A stretch of 64,000 nucleotides of DNA, taken from Octopus sinensis. Its lineage: Eukaryota. Of this stretch, positions 1-13,651 are shown in pieces. Position numbers and translations under genes: made by a program. The notes under the pieces were generated by a model that was not told where the DNA came from, made no database searches, and saw only the letters and a program-made list of their open reading frames with translations. Numbering within the stretch: position 1 is the stretch's first letter; the number at the start of each line of letters is the position of its first letter. The stretch is from the NCBI RefSeq assembly GCF_006345805.1, contig NC_043007.1, positions 48,670,001 through 48,734,000 on the forward strand. Reading direction: 5' to 3'.

Positions 1-375
1 CTGTTTATTGCAAATAAAGTATGTTTACCCTCTTATTTTTTACTCCTTTTTTCTGCTTTCTTATAATTATAATCAGAAAATATGTATGTAAAAAAAAATG
101 CGATGTTTCATGATTGCGTCAACAGGTTTTTATTGTGTATCATCTAATAACATATGATATTAAATAGCAGAATGTTTTCAGCAATAATAAACAACAAAAA
201 GTATTCATTCTAAGTAAAAAAAAAAAAAGAATTCAATTCAAAATAAAACACATGCTGGGAAATAATTAATTTGGGAAGGGGTTAAAGCTATCCCAATATC
301 TTCAAAAGAACAGTTTTCAATGAAATCTCTGTACACTGCAATGAAGTCCTTAGAAGAAGCAGTTTTAATATGGAA
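1..375. repeat. Interspersed repeat fragment; inverted copy at ~10397-10770
   Basis: CTGTTTATTGCAAATAAAGTATGTTT at 1 matches the reverse complement of AAACATACTTTATTTGCAATAAACAG at ~10745; similarity continues for ~370 bp. Confidence 0.7.
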
Positions 376-739
376 GAAGTAAAATATATTCCTAATTAAA
401 CCAGTCCCTTGAAAAGAAGTAAAAACAAAAAAGAACACATCTCTGGTACACTTCACCTTTCAATTTACACAGGGGCCACAATTGCCTTAAAAATGTGAGG
501 GGGACAAACCAACATTTGTTGATTTTTAAAGGAGCATGTTAGTATTGCTTATGGTGCCTTTCCCGGACCCTGTCACATAAGTAAAATGTTATGCTAATTA
601 AATTTTATATACTCAAATGAAGTTCAGATATAAAAATAATAAGCTTCAAAAGAATTTATCATATTAAATAAACAAAAAAATTAAACAGATGTTTGAATAA
701 AAAATATTAAGTAAATTTATTATCTGTTAGAACTTTCCA

Positions 740-1200
740 AATGTATCATATCTCACATCATAGCTATCAATGAATAATTTAGCAACTTCCTCACAACTAA
801 TCTTTTCCAAAACATCTCTAAGAATGTGGCATAGTAGAGTATGATTCAACCTTTGCTGAGTCATGGTCGATTGCACTCAAGTTTTGAGTGTCCGCAGAGT
901 GCTAAAAGATCTTTTAGCTTCACAGGAACTGGATGGAAACTAAAAGTAATTTGAGCAATTGCTCAACATTTGGAAACATGCGATGGACTTCTCATTGCAT
1001 TTCACTGAATATTTTACGATGATCCTTGAGAGATGATCCACTATGATGATTTCTATAAAAACGTATTTCATTCTTTAAAGAAAATTCACCAGGCTCTGGA
1101 TACTGTATGATCACTTCAGCACAAAAATTTTCATTGAGTAAGATATTGCTCAGTCTTCCATAATCTGCTCTAAATTCTGTGATAAAAAAATAATCTTTCA
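740..1200 (-). mobile_element. hAT transposase C-terminal (dimerisation) domain relic
   Basis: Minus-strand translation includes MFPNVEQLLKLLLVS, followed by frameshifted remnants resembling the hATC motif; stops present. Confidence 0.6.
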
Positions 1201-1399
1201 ACTTTGCTATGGCAGTCATGGGAACAGGGGGTGCAGTGTGTGTGTGTGGGGGGTCAATTGCACCCCCTAAAATTTTGTGGGGAGTGCAAAATTCAATATT
1301 GCACCCTCTACATACCATTCTCAGGCTTAGAAAACAGTGTATTGATCTGTAAAAAGTTGAAGTTAGGTTTCTTCACAAAATAAAAACTAATATAAAAAT

Positions 1400-2330
1400 A
1401 AATAAAATAAAAACTCAGAAAATGGCTGTTTGACCTCCTACATGATAGGAGACAATCTGTTGCTGGAAATGGTTTTCTGTCTGCAAAGTCACCTGTAATA
1501 AGTGGTATTCCTCAGGGAATGGTTCTAGGACTATTATTATTTATCATCAACCTATCAGAAGTGCATGCATCCAAACTAATGAGTTACGCCAATGATGCAA
1601 AAATATCAATGGCTATCCAAACTCCAGATGATACTGTTACACTCCAAAATGAGATATACATCATTTATCAATGAGTAGATTAAAACAATATGAAATTTAA
1701 TACAACAAAATTTCAGGTTCTTCATGACAGATGGAATACATACAAATCACAATGATTCAGAGCACTAATGACATACAGGACTTAGGTGTAATCATGTCAA
1801 ATGATGTATCTTTCATTAGCCACATCACCAAACTAGCTTCTAAATGCAGACATCTTATAGGATGGGTTCTACAAACCTTCATGACAAGAGAACCATAGAA
1901 AACTATGGAAAACCTCAGTTCTGAGCAAGTTAGATTACTGCTCAGAACTTTGATCTCATAAAAGAAACTGAAGGTTTATGAAGAACATTCATCAGTAAAA
2001 TATCTTAGTTAAAAGCCTTAACTACTAGGAATATTTGAAAGTGTTGCATCTCTACTATATTGAATGCTGTTCCAAACTTCAGCATTAGAGAGAATTTTAA
2101 TGCACAAATTGTTAGATATTGTCAGCTTCCAAATATACCACCTTTGGAATCACATGCAAAATCACTTTACCGTACGAGTCTGATATTTAGAGGTTCTCAG
2201 CTGTTCAACTGCCTGCCTAAAGTAATCAGAAATATCAAAGGAACCTCTACTGAAACATTAAACAAAAGAGAAAGAAAACATTGGATAAACTCCTAACAAA
2301 AATATTGGACCAATCAGCCATACTTCCAGT
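1400..2330 (+). mobile_element. Degenerate CR1-type LINE reverse-transcriptase fragment
   Basis: SGIPQGMVLGLLLFII...SYANDAKI...NNMKFNTTKFQVLH and RGSQLFNCLPKVIRNI; many stops. Confidence 0.75.
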
Positions 2331-2399
2331 TATAAAAGTGGCAACAAAGCTGATAGAAAATAAACAAAAGTGGTGCTCCACCATGGCTGCAGCCCTACA

Positions 2400-2530
2400 A
2401 CAACTGAAATCTCCCAACTACATGGTTCCAAGTTCAGTCCCATTGCATGACACCTTGGGCAAGTGTCTTCTAGTATAGCCTTGGGTTGACCAAAGCCTTC
2501 TTAGTGGATTTGGTAAACGGAAATGAAGTT
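2400..2530 (+). mobile_element. tRNA-derived SINE fragment (family repeated throughout the window)
   Basis: GGTTCCAAGTTCAGTCCC...CACCTTGGGCAAGTGTCTTCT core is shared with copies at ~5050, ~27050, ~49620 and ~59140. Confidence 0.75.
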
Positions 2531-2592
2531 TGTAGTATACACACACACATACACATGCATGTGCATGAGTGTGTGTGTACATTATATATGTC

Positions 2593-2642
<50 letters not shown>

Positions 2643-3329
2643 CATGTATGTATATATGTATATATATAAATATACATGTATACATATTTTAAAAATTTCA
2701 TCTAATGACATAATGTGATACATTTGTATTCTAAGTACTCAGATTGGTTTACCACTAAAACTTTGGCTTGAGCAGCAGCTGAAACAAAGGTGTTTTTGAA
2801 GCTGCTCATCAAAGATGGCTATAAATGGTTCATCATTGAACTGGTAGATATATATTAGAAATGGAGATGAACAAGTAAAACATGTGGTATTACTTTAGAG
2901 CATGTAATCTATAATTCAAACATAATTGCAGAGTTGTTATAGTAAATAAGGCGTTAGCTGAGCATGTGGATCATATATCATTGAGCAAAGCTTTCCATGT
3001 AAGCCAACTATTTCATTTTCAGAGAGAAAGAATTAAGGAACATCTTTAATAAAGGACATTATTAGTTACCAGTTCATCAATGAATTAAAGAACATACTTA
3101 GTGAAAGATAATAGTGGTTAGCACTTTCATGATCAGAGAATTAAGAAAATCCTCAGTAAAAGATAATAGCATTTCGTAGTTCTATTGTAGAAGGATCAAG
3201 GAATATCCTTAGTAAAAGATAGAAGTTACGAGTTCCAGTTTTGAAGAGAAAGTTAACACATACCATTGGAAACTTCGTAAATCACATAAAAGAACTTTCC
3301 AAAGAAATGTGGTGCAGAAATAAGTCAGC

Positions 3330-4460
3330 AGTTTGAACGAGTTAATTTTCTATCTGATACTATACATAATGAAATTCTAAAGGCTAATGCACATAACACC
3401 CTACATCAGATGAGAAAAATAATTGAAAATTCTATGTTTATTGATGTTATATGTGATTGTTCTGGCATGGAACAAGAATCAATCATTGTCCGTTATGTTT
3501 GTGAAGACTTGGATATCCATGGAGATGTTCTTAGCTTTTATAACCCTCCTGACTACACTTCAGAGACACTGACTAAGGTTATTATGGATGTTTTTTGTTG
3601 TCTAAACATTTCTCTGGGCTCAAAATTATGCTGCTTTCACCCTCAGTGGTGCATGTACCATGAGTGGAAATATTTCAGGCATACAAAAGAGATTAAAAGG
3701 CATGTTACCAGGTATGCATTTTATATACTGCAGAAACCACTCTCTGAACTTTGTCCTCCAAGAAGTTGGATCTACAGGTGACCTGGTCACTGAGGCATTG
3801 AACTTTGTTGCTAGAACACCATTCTTCTGAAAGCACTATGGACAAGCCTTTGTGATGAGAATGTCCATCATGTTGCAAGCCTGTGTCTGTTGCATCAAAT
3901 GAGAAAATATTCAGCACACTTCACTGTTTGAAGACTTGACTCCATACCACAATGATGCGACATCATCTGATACACTGTGCTATAATGCATGTACATCAAA
4001 CTTGTGCAAGGAAAACGCTTTGACCTTCTCTTGGAAAACTTCATCGCCTAAACAAACTAGTATAGAAAAATTGGGGGAATGATTTGAAGCATTACTTTTC
4101 CATATATGATAATGCAAAATATTATTATACTTGCGTTTGTTTTATTGAAAAAAAATCCGCCATCTTTGTAAAAAGTTTGAACCTGAGTTTGCACCCACTA
4201 AGCAAATTTAATTCCTGAGCCACTGATTGCAGCATCTATTACCTGCAAATACTGCACTCTGTAATGATCCAAAACAGTGCAGTGTTGATATTTTAATGCA
4301 TTTCCTTCTTGGTGTCTTTTGGGAAGTTTTCATTGCCTTGGTAGCACCAAAGGAGAAATATTGAGTTGATAAATAATTTTTTTTCTGCTGTATTGAACTG
4401 GAATTTTTCTTCACTGTGTAGATTTTTTAGCTCCTCCTGCACCGGTTTGACACTATGCTA
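3330..4460 (+). mobile_element. hAT-like (ZBED/ZMYM-type) transposase relic
   Basis: ORF 3410-3781 reads QESIIVRYVCEDLDIHGDVLSFYNPPDYTSETLTKVIMDVFCCLNI, resembling the hAT DDE region; frameshifted. Confidence 0.55.
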
Positions 4461-5046
4461 CATGCCACCTATATTGACAGAGGTACTTTGTTTTTTAATT
4501 GGGAAAAAGTAATGGGGACAAAAGATGGTTTGTTCCTTATTCCTGAAAAAGTGTCAAGGAGAGAACCTGTTCCCTGGTACACCCCTGAAACAAGGCCCTT
4601 GAATTTACATATTACACTCACAGCTAAATACCTTTTTAGACTATTAGACAAACATTTGCCCACCAACTACAAATATAAACTAAAGAATAAAAAATACACA
4701 AAAATCTTTTACACTAAAACCTACAATATTCTCTAAAAAAATTACCACAGGAGACTCAAAATTACAAAATTCAGCTGATCCAACAAAACTCACTCAACTA
4801 TAACTGTATAAACACCAATCTATATCCATTCTAAGGTAGAAAATTGGTTAATACCAATTTTTCCTCTGTATACATAAGCTTAACAGTTAAATAAAGATTT
4901 AGTCTGTAATCAAATGTGTTTTCTAATTCCAAGAGAAAAAAACAGCAACTTCACTCTCATTAAATACCTGGCCCTTAGAAGATACTTATACATTCTACAG
5001 TGAATTTAAAAATAATTCAGTTAACTGAGAATGTGTACAACACATG

Positions 5047-5190
5047 ACTGTGCGGTTAAGGAGCTTCCTTCCCAACCACATGGTTTCAGGTTCAGTCCCA
5101 TTACATGGCACCTTGGGCAAATGTCTTTTACTATTGCCTTGTGAGTGGATTTGGTAAGTGGAAACTGAAAGAAGCCCATCAAACATATAC

Positions 5191-5230
<40 letters not shown>

Positions 5231-5410
5231 TTGTATCTATGTTTGTCCGACTACCACTACTTGACAACTGGTGCAGGTGTGTTTATGTCCTTGTAATTTT
5301 GAGGATCAGCAAAGTGACCAATAATATAAGTACCAGGCTTAAAAAGAAAATAAGTATTGGGGTTGACAAATTTGACTAAAACTTCTTTAAAGCAGTTCCT
5401 CAGCATGGCC
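5047..5410 (+). mobile_element. Near full-length tRNA-derived SINE with internal (TA)/(TG) microsatellite
   Basis: Head TGACTGTGCGGTTAAG...GGTTTCAGGTTCAGTCCC, shared core, and 3' part ending CAGCATGGCC. Confidence 0.75.
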
Positions 5411-5759
5411 ATGGTGGTATGTAAACAGCACTTTTCAAGTACTGGGTCTCACAGAGGCATGACAAACGACTGAGACCTTTGGCAATGTGCCGTGCTTGAG
5501 AAGACCCATCAAGCCAAGTAAAATCATAGTTGTAGCTGATACTAGTGTGATACAACAGGCACCCACGCTGGTGACATGTAAATGCACCCATTACACTCTT
5601 GGAAGGGTTAGCATTAGGAAAGGCATCCAGCCAAAGAAACCATGCCAAATCAGATGAAGTCTGATGCAGCACTTCAGCTTACCAGCCCTGGTCAAACCAA
5701 ACAACCCATGCCAGCATATAGAACAGATGTTAAATGATGATGATGATGATGATATATAC

Positions 5760-6665
5760 AAGGGGCTTCGTAAATATTTTGTAAAGGACCTGCTTGTATC
5801 TTGGTGTGAAATAATTTTTTTCCATGAGTTTTTCAAGTGCATTTAACATATCTGACCTCCAAACCTGCCACAAGCCACTTTTTTCCAGAAAAGTAAGGAG
5901 GGTTGGTGGGGACCTCTCAGTCTCCTTACCAATGGAGTTTTGTTTCACGGGTTTATGTTTTACTTTTCCAGGTTATTTTGCATACTTTCAATGAATGTGA
6001 CATCGAAATCACTCATAAACAGTTCCTCCCCCACCCCAGAAAAGGAAAGATTTGGCTATTATTTCCAGCACACCCTACTACCATGTAACAGCTATTTGTG
6101 ATAAAGAACCTGCCAATATTTCACTTAGAAATAAATTTCTAACCACTTCTCCCACTTTCTTTTCTGGAAAAAGTGTCTCAAAAGAATTTGTGGAAAAAAT
6201 TAGGTCATTGTTCAGTTTAGGGATATTAAAAAGTAAATAAAAATTAAGGGGGAGATAACTCATAAAGAGACATAAATAAGTCAACTTCTTGTTGAAAGTG
6301 ATCAGAATGACAAGTGGAAGACCAGTGGGATTGCAATTCATTGTTCCTAAAACTGAAATCCTCAACTGTGAATCAATCTTAGAGGAATCTTGAAATATCA
6401 TCCAATTAGCCAAATCATGACAAGATTCTTCAGTGGTTGGCATAGCGTCAACTAATTATGAATTTATACACGTGCAAAAATTGTAATTCGCCATGTTATC
6501 TCGCTACAGTATTCATGTTAACAGTAAGTTGACTTATTTATGTTCCTTTACAGGTTATCTCCCCCTTAATTTTTATTTACTTTTTTGATATCCCCAAACT
6601 GAACAATTACCAAAAATTATTTCAAACCGAGGTACAAATGGGTCCTTTACGAAATATTTACCCAT
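5760..6665. mobile_element. DNA-transposon relic with terminal and internal inverted repeats
   Basis: GTAAATATTTTGTAAAGGACC (~5770) vs GGTCCTTTACGAAATATTTAC (~6641); internal ~90-bp inverted repeat 6200-6290 / 6525-6610. Confidence 0.5.
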
Positions 6666-7181
6666 GGTTATTTACTGATACACAAATACACAAGTACAGA
6701 AGATTGTAAATAATGAAAGTAGCTGTAATAATTTTTTTGGTACCCAACACCAGACAGACTGGGTGACAGAATGAAGAGAGAATGATAGAGACATGTCGTC
6801 GTTGTCATCGTCATCATATAAAATGTCCTTTACTATCTCATACATAATGAACACATTGAACACACACAGATTCATACGCTCATATACAAAATGTGACATC
6901 GTCGTCGTATAAAATGTCCGTTACTATAGTTGACTATAAAAAGCTAACTTTCAAGAAAATGTTATATTGTTTCAATCCAAATGAAAATATAAATTCCATG
7001 TTGACACCTTGTAAAATTTGATTTGATTTCGTGGAGCCGTTTGAGAATACATAGGTAACAGGCAGAGAGACAAAGAATTGAATACACATACTCCCTAATA
7101 TTATTATTATTATGACATAAGATATATATATATATATATATATATATGATCAACATAAGCAACAAGGATATCCAGAGGTAA

Positions 7182-7268
7182 TGCAGTACGATCATTTCAT
7201 GCAACTCCATTTAATTGAACAATACAATCATTACATCAATTTAAAATGTAGAGCAATCTTCAGCTGCA
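7182..7268 (-). ncRNA. Minimal type I hammerhead ribozyme motif (one stem III change)
   Basis: UGCAG-CUGAAGA-U-stem II-U-GAAAU-GAUC-GUA-CUGCA; 5-bp stem I is perfect. Confidence 0.6.
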
Positions 7269-7473
7269 CAAACACAGAATTTAATTAAATTAGAACAGAT
7301 GGACACATTAGTATAATTATACCTAAAATCTCCAAGAAGTTAAGGAGATAGACAAAGAACATGTTGTCTCTACTTCAACATAGAAGATCCTAAAATTAGC
7401 AAGAAGACTCTGGATGCCACTGATTTTCTTGTCTTTATGGGGTCAGTTCTAATTTAATTAAATTCTGTCTTTG

Positions 7474-7559
7474 TGCAGCTGAAGATTGCTCTACATTTTA
7501 ATTTGATGTAATGCTTGCCTTGTTCAATTAAATGGAGTTGCATGAAACTATCATATGCA
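7474..7559 (+). ncRNA. Decayed hammerhead motif (partner arm)
   Basis: TGCAG-CTGAAGA...GAAAC-TATC-ATA-TGCA; stem III mutated. Confidence 0.45.
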
Positions 7560-7781
7560 TTACCTCTGGATATCCTTGTTGCTTATTTTGATTTTAATCA
7601 CCTTACTTTGAAATTGTATGGATAATACCATACTAAATTCTAGAGCCTCAAATTAAGTACCATATTCATCTGGGCCTTGTTTCATTTATACTGTAGACAT
7701 TGTCAGTGGTGACTGCTTGAACAGTTCATACTAATATATACACTAATGCTCTTCTAATGCTCATCGCTTAGTGATGATTAA

Positions 7782-7824
<43 letters not shown>

Positions 7825-7917
7825 CATCATCATCATCCTATATATATATGTATCATCATCATCATCCTATATATATATGTATCATCATCATTCTATATGT
7901 ATATGTATCTATCTATC

Positions 7918-7973
<56 letters not shown>

Positions 7974-8017
7974 TATATATATATGTATCTATATATATGT
8001 ATCTATATATACATGTA

Positions 8018-8129
<112 letters not shown>

Positions 8130-8188
8130 TAGATAGATCCCACCCATACTAGCATGGAAGGCAGACATTAAATGATGATGATATATTA

Positions 8189-10200
8189 GGAATTACTGCA
8201 GAAATGTTTAAAATATCTGGTAGTGTCAGCTATAGCCTAGTCACCTGTATAGTTAACCAGGTGATACACGAAGGAGACATACCCAATGACTAGTGTAGCA
8301 GCATAATAGTCAACTGCTACAAAGGTAAAGGTGACGCTTTAGATTCAAATAATTACATTTTGGATCAGGTAATGAAGGTTACGGAGAGGGTCATAGCCCA
8401 ACTGATTAGGGAGAGAGTCAGCTTGGATGAGATGCAGTTTGGTTTCGTGTCAGGGAAAAGCACCACTGATGCCATATTTCTGGTGAGACAGCTGCAGGAG
8501 AAATACCTAGCCAAAGATAAGCCCCTGTACCTGGCTTTCATTGACATGGAGAAAGCCTTTGACAGGGTCCCCCGATCCCTTATCTGGTGGTCAATGAGGA
8601 AACTAGGGATAGATGAATGGTTAGTGAGAGCTGTGCATGCCATGTACAGAGACGCTGTAAATAAGGTAAGAGTTGGCAACGAGTACACTAAAGAATTCAG
8701 GGTAGAGGTAGGGGTCCACCAAGGCTCAGTCCTCAGCCCCTTCCTATTTATCATAGTCCGCCAGGCAATAATGGAGGAATTCAAGACAGGATGCCTCTGG
8801 GAGCTCCTATATGCTGATGACCTTGCTCTAATTGCTGAGTCACTATCAGAACTGGAGGCAAAGTTTCAAGTGTGGAGACAAGGATTAGAATCGAAGGGCC
8901 TTAGAAACAACCTAGCTAAAACCAAAGTCCTAATATGTAACAAGGCAGGCAAATCACAAATGCCTTCAGGTAGATGGCCCTCCTCGATCTGTAGAAAAGG
9001 CGTAGGTAAAAACTCTATAAGATGTACCAAGTGTAAGCTATGGACACATAAGAGGTGCAGCAATGTCAAAGGAAGGCTAACTAGGAAGATAGTTTTTGTA
9101 TGTGGCAGATGCTCAGGAGCAATAAACACTGAAAATGCTCAGAGACCAACTTCCGCCATATTCCAGGGAGAAAAACTAGAAATTGTTGATAGCTTCCGTT
9201 ACCTAGGTGACCAAGTCAGTAGCGGGGGCGGGTGTGCTGAAAGTGTAACTGCTAGAGTAAGAATAGCTTGGGCAAAGTTCAGAGAGCTCTTACCTCTGCT
9301 GGCGACAAAAGACCTCTCGCTCAGAATAAAAGGCAGACTGTATGACGTATGTGTATGAACAGCCATACTACATGGCAGTGAAACTTGGGCCGTGACTGCT
9401 GAGGACATGCGTAAGTTCGCAAGAAATGAAGCCAGTATACTCCGATGGATGTGTAATGTCAGTATTCATATTCGACAGAGTGTAAGTACCTTGAGAGAAA
9501 AGTTGGACCTAAGAAGCATCAGTTGTGGTGTGCAAGAGAGACGTTTGCGCTGGTATGGTCATGTAGTGAGAATGGATGAAGATAGTTGTGTGAAAAAGTG
9601 CCACAGCCTAGCGGTTGAGGGAACCTGTGGAAGAGGTAGACCCAGGAAAACCTGGGATGAGGTGGTGAAGCACGACCTTTGAACATTAGGTCTCACCGAG
9701 GAAATGACCAGAGACCGATACCTTTGGAAGTATGCTGTGCATGGGAAGACCCGGCAGGACAAGTGAGACCATAACCCATGGCCTCTACCTGGGACGTAGC
9801 CAGCCCACTTATGTATAGCTTTCCTTCTTGTGACACAAACCCTACTTATGAAGACCTGTTGAGGCAAGTGAAAACGAAAATCAAAATCAAAATCGAAATC
9901 GATCAACATCAATGGAAATTGTAGCCGTGATACCAGTGCCGATGGCACATAAGAGAACCATCCGAACGTGGCCATTGCCAGCGCTGCCCCGACTGGCCTC
10001 CGTGCCGGTGGCACGAAAGATGCACCATCCGATCGTGGCCATTGCCAGCCTTATCTGGCACCTGTGCAGGTGGCACGTAAAAAGCACCCACTACACTCAT
10101 GGAGTGGTTGGCGTTAGGAAGGGCATCCAGCTGTAGAAACACTGTCAGATCAGACTGGGCAAGGCTAGCATGGAAAACAGACGTTAAACGATGATGATGA
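8189..10200 (+). mobile_element. 5'-truncated RTE-clade LINE (RT with premature stops, 3' UTR, (GAT)n tail)
   Basis: ORF 8360-9358 has QFGFVSGKSTTDAIF, FIDMEKAFDRVP, VGVHQGSVLSP and LLYADD; it continues past TGA to 9682; GATGATGAT tail at ~10190. Confidence 0.92.
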
Positions 10201-11429
10201 TATATCTTTTAGCTTTTAATTGTTTCAGTCACAAGACTACAAGCATGCTTGGATATCACCTTAATGGATTTAGTCAAATGAATCAACCCCAGTATTTAAT
10301 TTTAAGCATGGTACTTATTCTACTGGTCTCTTCTACACAAACTGCTAAGTTTCTGGGATGTAAGCAAACCAACACCATTTGTCAAGCCATGGTACTTCAT
10401 GTTAAAACTGTATTTTCTAAGGGCTTCATTGCAGTGTACAGTGTTTTCATTGAAAACCTGTTCCTTTGAAGATATCTGGGCTAGCTTTAACCCCTTCCCA
10501 GATGAATTATTTCTCAGTATGTGTTTTACTTTGAATCGTATTCTTTTTTTTTTTACTTAGAATGAATACTTTCTGATGTTTGTTATTGCTGAAAACATTC
10601 TGCTATTTAATATCGTATGTTATTAGATGATACATAATAAAAACCTGTTGACGCAATCATGAAACATCGCATTTTTTTCTTAATACACATATATTCTGAT
10701 TATAATTATAAGAAAGAAAAAGGAGTAAAAAAGAACACGAAGATAAACATACTTTATTTGCAATAAACAGGCATTATTTATTTGGTATGGTAATTTTGGA
10801 AACATGGTGTTACACATAGGGGAACATTATAGATTGTTTATGAATTTTTATTCTGCTACTGTCTCATTTCTTTGCACAAATTTTTCATTGTCTTGTTGAA
10901 ATATTTCTTCTTTTTAGTAGGAGGAATATCCACAGGAAAATGTCCGGGAAAAAATAACATTAATAAGGAGATGTCGAAGGTCTTCTAGTTCTTAGATGTG
11001 GAATATGCAGATAGTAGAGGACAAACACACACAAAAAGACTCATTCACATACACACACACACACACACACCACACACACACACACTCACACTCACACACA
11101 CACACACACACACTCACACACACACACAAGGATATATATATATATATATATATACAATAACGAAAGCAGCTATATACAATAAAAAAAACCAAAAAGGATA
11201 TAAATTAAATTGTCACTCATTGTGTCCAAGGGTGCCAGGTAGCACCTAAATTGCTAGAAATAAGAGTTAAAATGTTTATAGCTGCAAGAGAGCACATTTT
11301 TCCTATATTGACAGGGAAGATAACTGCCCCATAAGTGAAGCTAGATCACTATACTTGACTAGTTTTGCCTAAAAATTAAAAGCTCATCAGTAATGACTAC
11401 TGCATTGCTGAATGGTTTATCAGTATATA

Positions 11430-12590
11430 TATTGGGTCATCCCATAAATAATGCGTTTTTTCTCAAATGCATGAACTTTAAGTTGGAAGGGGACAGGATA
11501 AACTACCTGCATCAACATGCATAAAAGCAGGTAGTAATTTTACCATGTCCCTATTCTTAGTGCAAGTTTTGAAGAGTGCAGTTCAATTTTAACAGTTATT
11601 TTTTCAAATAGAAGTGACAAAAGAACATATTCGGCATATTTTGCTTTATGAGTTCAATAAAGGCAACAATGCAACGGAAAGTGTGATGAATGTTAATGCA
11701 GTATATGGGGATCGGACATTAAGCGTAGGCAAGTGTCAACAGTGGTTTCAGAAATTCTGAGCTGGAAACTACAGGCTGGAAAATGAGCCTTGTCCTGGAA
11801 GATCTGTAGAGCTTGACGAGGACATCCTGCAAAACCTGATGGAACAAAATCCCTTCATAACTGTTGAGGAACTAAAAGAGAAGCTTGGGTTTGGTCATTC
11901 AACCATTCATCGACACGTGTGTGCCATCAGAAAAATCAGTAAATTAGGTAAATGGGATCCTCACGAACTTTCCAAGTCTGATCACATGCAGAGAGTGAAT
12001 GTGTGCTCTTCTTTGCTGTCACATCTCACTAAGAAACGGTTTGGGGACCAAATAGTGACTACTGACAAGAAATGGGTTCTCTATAAAAATGTCAAGAGCC
12101 GAAGACAGTGGGTAGGTAAAGGAGAAATATCGGCACTCCAGTTTAAAGAAGGTCTTCACCCATGTAAGGTGTTGTTATCTGTTTGGTGGGATGTGAAAGG
12201 TTTAGTCCATTTTGAACTTTTAAACCCAAACCAAGCAATAACAAAGGAGATCTACTGCAAGCAACTTGAGTAACTTAAGTCAGCGTTAGAAGAAATACAG
12301 CCATTAAGACAGAAGGCGTTCTTCCATCAGGATAATGCTCAGTTACATATAGCGAAGATGACATTCCAAAGGCTGGAGCAGACTGAATGGGAAACAATGC
12401 CTCACCCACCATATTCACTGGACATTGCCCCATCTGATTATCATTTATTCCGCAGAATTTAAAACCATTTGGACGGAAAAAATATGAATTTTGTAGATTA
12501 GGTCAGAACAGCACTGGAGGAGTATTTTTCATCACAGACAAGTGAATTTTGGAAGATGGGCCTTGCAAGTCTAACAGATAGCTCAAGGGT
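11430..12590 (+). mobile_element. Mariner transposon, degenerate, 3' end lost
   Basis: TIR TATTGGGTCATCCCATAAATAATG at 11430; WDPHEL, IVTTDKKW, VLLSVWWD, HQDNAQ, HPPYSLDIAPSDYHLF. Confidence 0.9.
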
Positions 12591-13302
12591 GGGTAAAACC
12601 TCACCTGCAGGCACAGTTGCGCCTGCAGGCTGATATACTTATTTGTACAAAATGTAGTCAATTTTTCAATTACAAGATTTATACAATAGTTGTATGCCTT
12701 TTTGCGATACAGGTCACATTTCCACTATGACTTAAAAGGGTCACGTTTGAATAGAAATCGTCTGGTAATTGCCATTTGAATGGAAATTTTTTTATCACAA
12801 TAAAACATGTTGCTATGTTAGTAACACCTACTTGAGACCTAACTACACTAGCTGAAAAATATAAAATATAAACGTCCAAAATTCATTGGTGGTGTTAATG
12901 AAGATGCTATGTGTTAATTTTATGTGTTAAACTTATCTTTACTAATGTATATCGAATAGATATATATATACAAGATATATATACATAGATATATATAATT
13001 GATATATACAAGATTTACACAGATATAAGAGTTAGAACTTGTGACCAGCCCGCACACCTTTTTCTTAGGAAATTTTTGCCTGCCACACTAAAAAGTTATC
13101 CCAACCCTGACACAGATGGAAAAGCATTGTAGAAAATGAAGGAGAGTATATTTTAGATTAAAAAAGAACTTTTTTATCTTAATTTTGAAAATTAAAAGAA
13201 TTATTAAAAAAACTGCATTATTTATGGGATGATCCAGTATTTACCATATGAATCTATTATGGCTAATCTAGCAAAATTCTAATGTAAAGATTATAAAATA
13301 AC

Positions 13303-13651
13303 AAGGGCAACTATACACAATATAAAACCAAAAAGGAAAAATTCAATTGTCATTAATTGTGACTAAGGGTACCAGGTAGTACTCATATTACTAGAAACAA
13401 GAGTTAAAACCCTTAGAGCCATAAGAAAGTGCATTTTCATATACTGTCAGGGGTGATAACCATCCCATAATTGAAGTTAGATTACTACACTAGACTAGTT
13501 TCCCATGTCAGTACATGAAAATGTGCTTTCTTGCAGGTCTAAGGGTTTTTAACTCTTCTTTCTAGCAACATAAGTGCTACTTGGCACCCCCAGTCACAAT
13601 TAGTGATAATTAATTTTTTCCTTTTTGGTTTTATATTGTGCATAGCTGCCT
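13303..13651. mobile_element. MITE-like element with ~140-bp inverted arms; related pieces at ~11150-11380, ~39170-39300 and ~48840-49310
   Basis: AAGGGCAACTATACACAATATAAAACCAAAAAGG vs CCTTTTTGGTTTTATATTGTGCATAGCTGCCTT. Confidence 0.65.

Larger units (their letters stand above)
7148..7592. mobile_element. Fold-back non-autonomous Penelope-like derivative with two outward-facing hammerhead motifs
   Basis: Arms 7148-7296 / 7446-7592 are inverted; (TA)n on the left; each arm has CTGAAGA...GAAA. Confidence 0.65.

Noticed and set aside
6290-6452. Protein-like minus-strand frame (DAMPTTEESCHDLANW...) as a host exon
   Set aside because: Lies inside a TIR-bounded transposon relic and lacks a convincing donor.
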